Assembly: GCA_039621445.1 (NCBI GenBank)
Contig: CP154954.1
Location: 41,595,572-41,659,571 of the forward strand
Reading direction: 5' to 3'
Length of the DNA stretch: 64,000 nucleotides
From: Euglena gracilis
Taxonomy: Eukaryota
The position numbers and the translations under genes were made by a program. Under the pieces are notes generated by a model, which saw only the letters and a list, made by a program, of their open reading frames with translations, was not told where the DNA came from and made no database searches. Positions 63,320-64,000 of the stretch are shown here, piece after piece. Within the stretch, counting starts at the first letter, position 1; every line of letters begins with the position of its first letter.

Positions 63320-64000
63320 AACCTCTGTTTGTTGGACGGACACTGGAATGCAAAGGTTCAGGGGACCTTCATTCTCTCCCACCGGGGCTGCACTAAGTGG
63401 GCAGACATTCTCTTCTGGCGCGGCATCAAATGGAATTGGAGGCAGAAGACACGGGGGGTGGTTCCCCTGCCGTGGCGCAGTCCCATAACAGGACTGATGG
63501 TAACGCCAGTGGGGCGCGTCGTCACGTGTGTGTTGCATGTGTTGAGGATGTGTTGTTTGTGTTGTGTGTGTGTTGTGTCTGTTGTGTGTGTGTGGTGTGT
63601 GTGTGTGTGTGTTGTGTGTGTGTGTGTTGTGTATGGTGTGTTGTGTGTGTGTGTTGTGTGTGTGTTGTGTGTGTTGTCTGTTGTGTGTTGTGCGTTGTGC
63701 AGTGGTGGCAGGGGAAGATGTCGCGCTGTGGCTCACCGGCAGCGCGCTGAGCGGCACTAGGCAGCGGCAGTCCCAAGCCCCGGCGGACCGTGTGGGACGG
63801 GACTTGGGGAGGGGGACTGGAGGAGGCGGGAGGGGCGAACACCTCTCTTTGGGCCCTTTGGAGGGGGCAGCGCCGGGATCGGGTGGGTTCAGGGCGACCG
63901 ACAGCGCGGTTCCCCGAACTGGACGTTCGAAACAAGTTCCAGTTCGAAACCACTGGGGGGGGGTGGGCGTTGCAGAACTTTGGGGGTCGCTAACCCTAAA

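Noticed and set aside
1-64000. tRNA, rRNA, snRNA or spliced-leader RNA genes
   Set aside because: None recognised by eye; a covariance-model scan would be needed to exclude them.

Overview
Repeat-rich eukaryotic DNA, most likely from a euglenid; the taxon is inferred from the intron type, not from a database match. 1-36 kb is almost entirely nested non-autonomous DNA transposons (MITE/foldback elements with TA, 8-bp or 9-bp target-site duplications, TSDs), a ~3.88-kb tandem array (about 3.6 copies) and an 18 x 77-bp satellite. 37-64 kb holds three intron-split genes reconstructed by hand: a single-CCCH zinc-finger gene with tiny GT-AG introns (+), an OMA1-like M48 metallopeptidase (-) and a CFD1/NUBP2 Fe-S scaffold ATPase (-). 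Seven introns in the two minus-strand genes are modelled as non-GT-AG: their ends base-pair, with CAG (CAT or TGG in two cases) at +4..+6 and CTG at -8..-6. Main finding: one of these introns (52645-54708) is an intact hAT-like MITE with CAG...CTG terminal inverted repeats (TIRs) and a perfect 8-bp TSD. Splicing 3 nt before CAG and 5 nt after CTG removes the element plus exactly one TSD copy (3+5=8) and restores the reading frame. Several free MITEs with similar CA(G/T) ends and 8-bp TSDs lie nearby, which suggests a transposon-to-intron system. No transposase, rRNA, tRNA or CRISPR array was recognised. All gene models need RNA confirmation.
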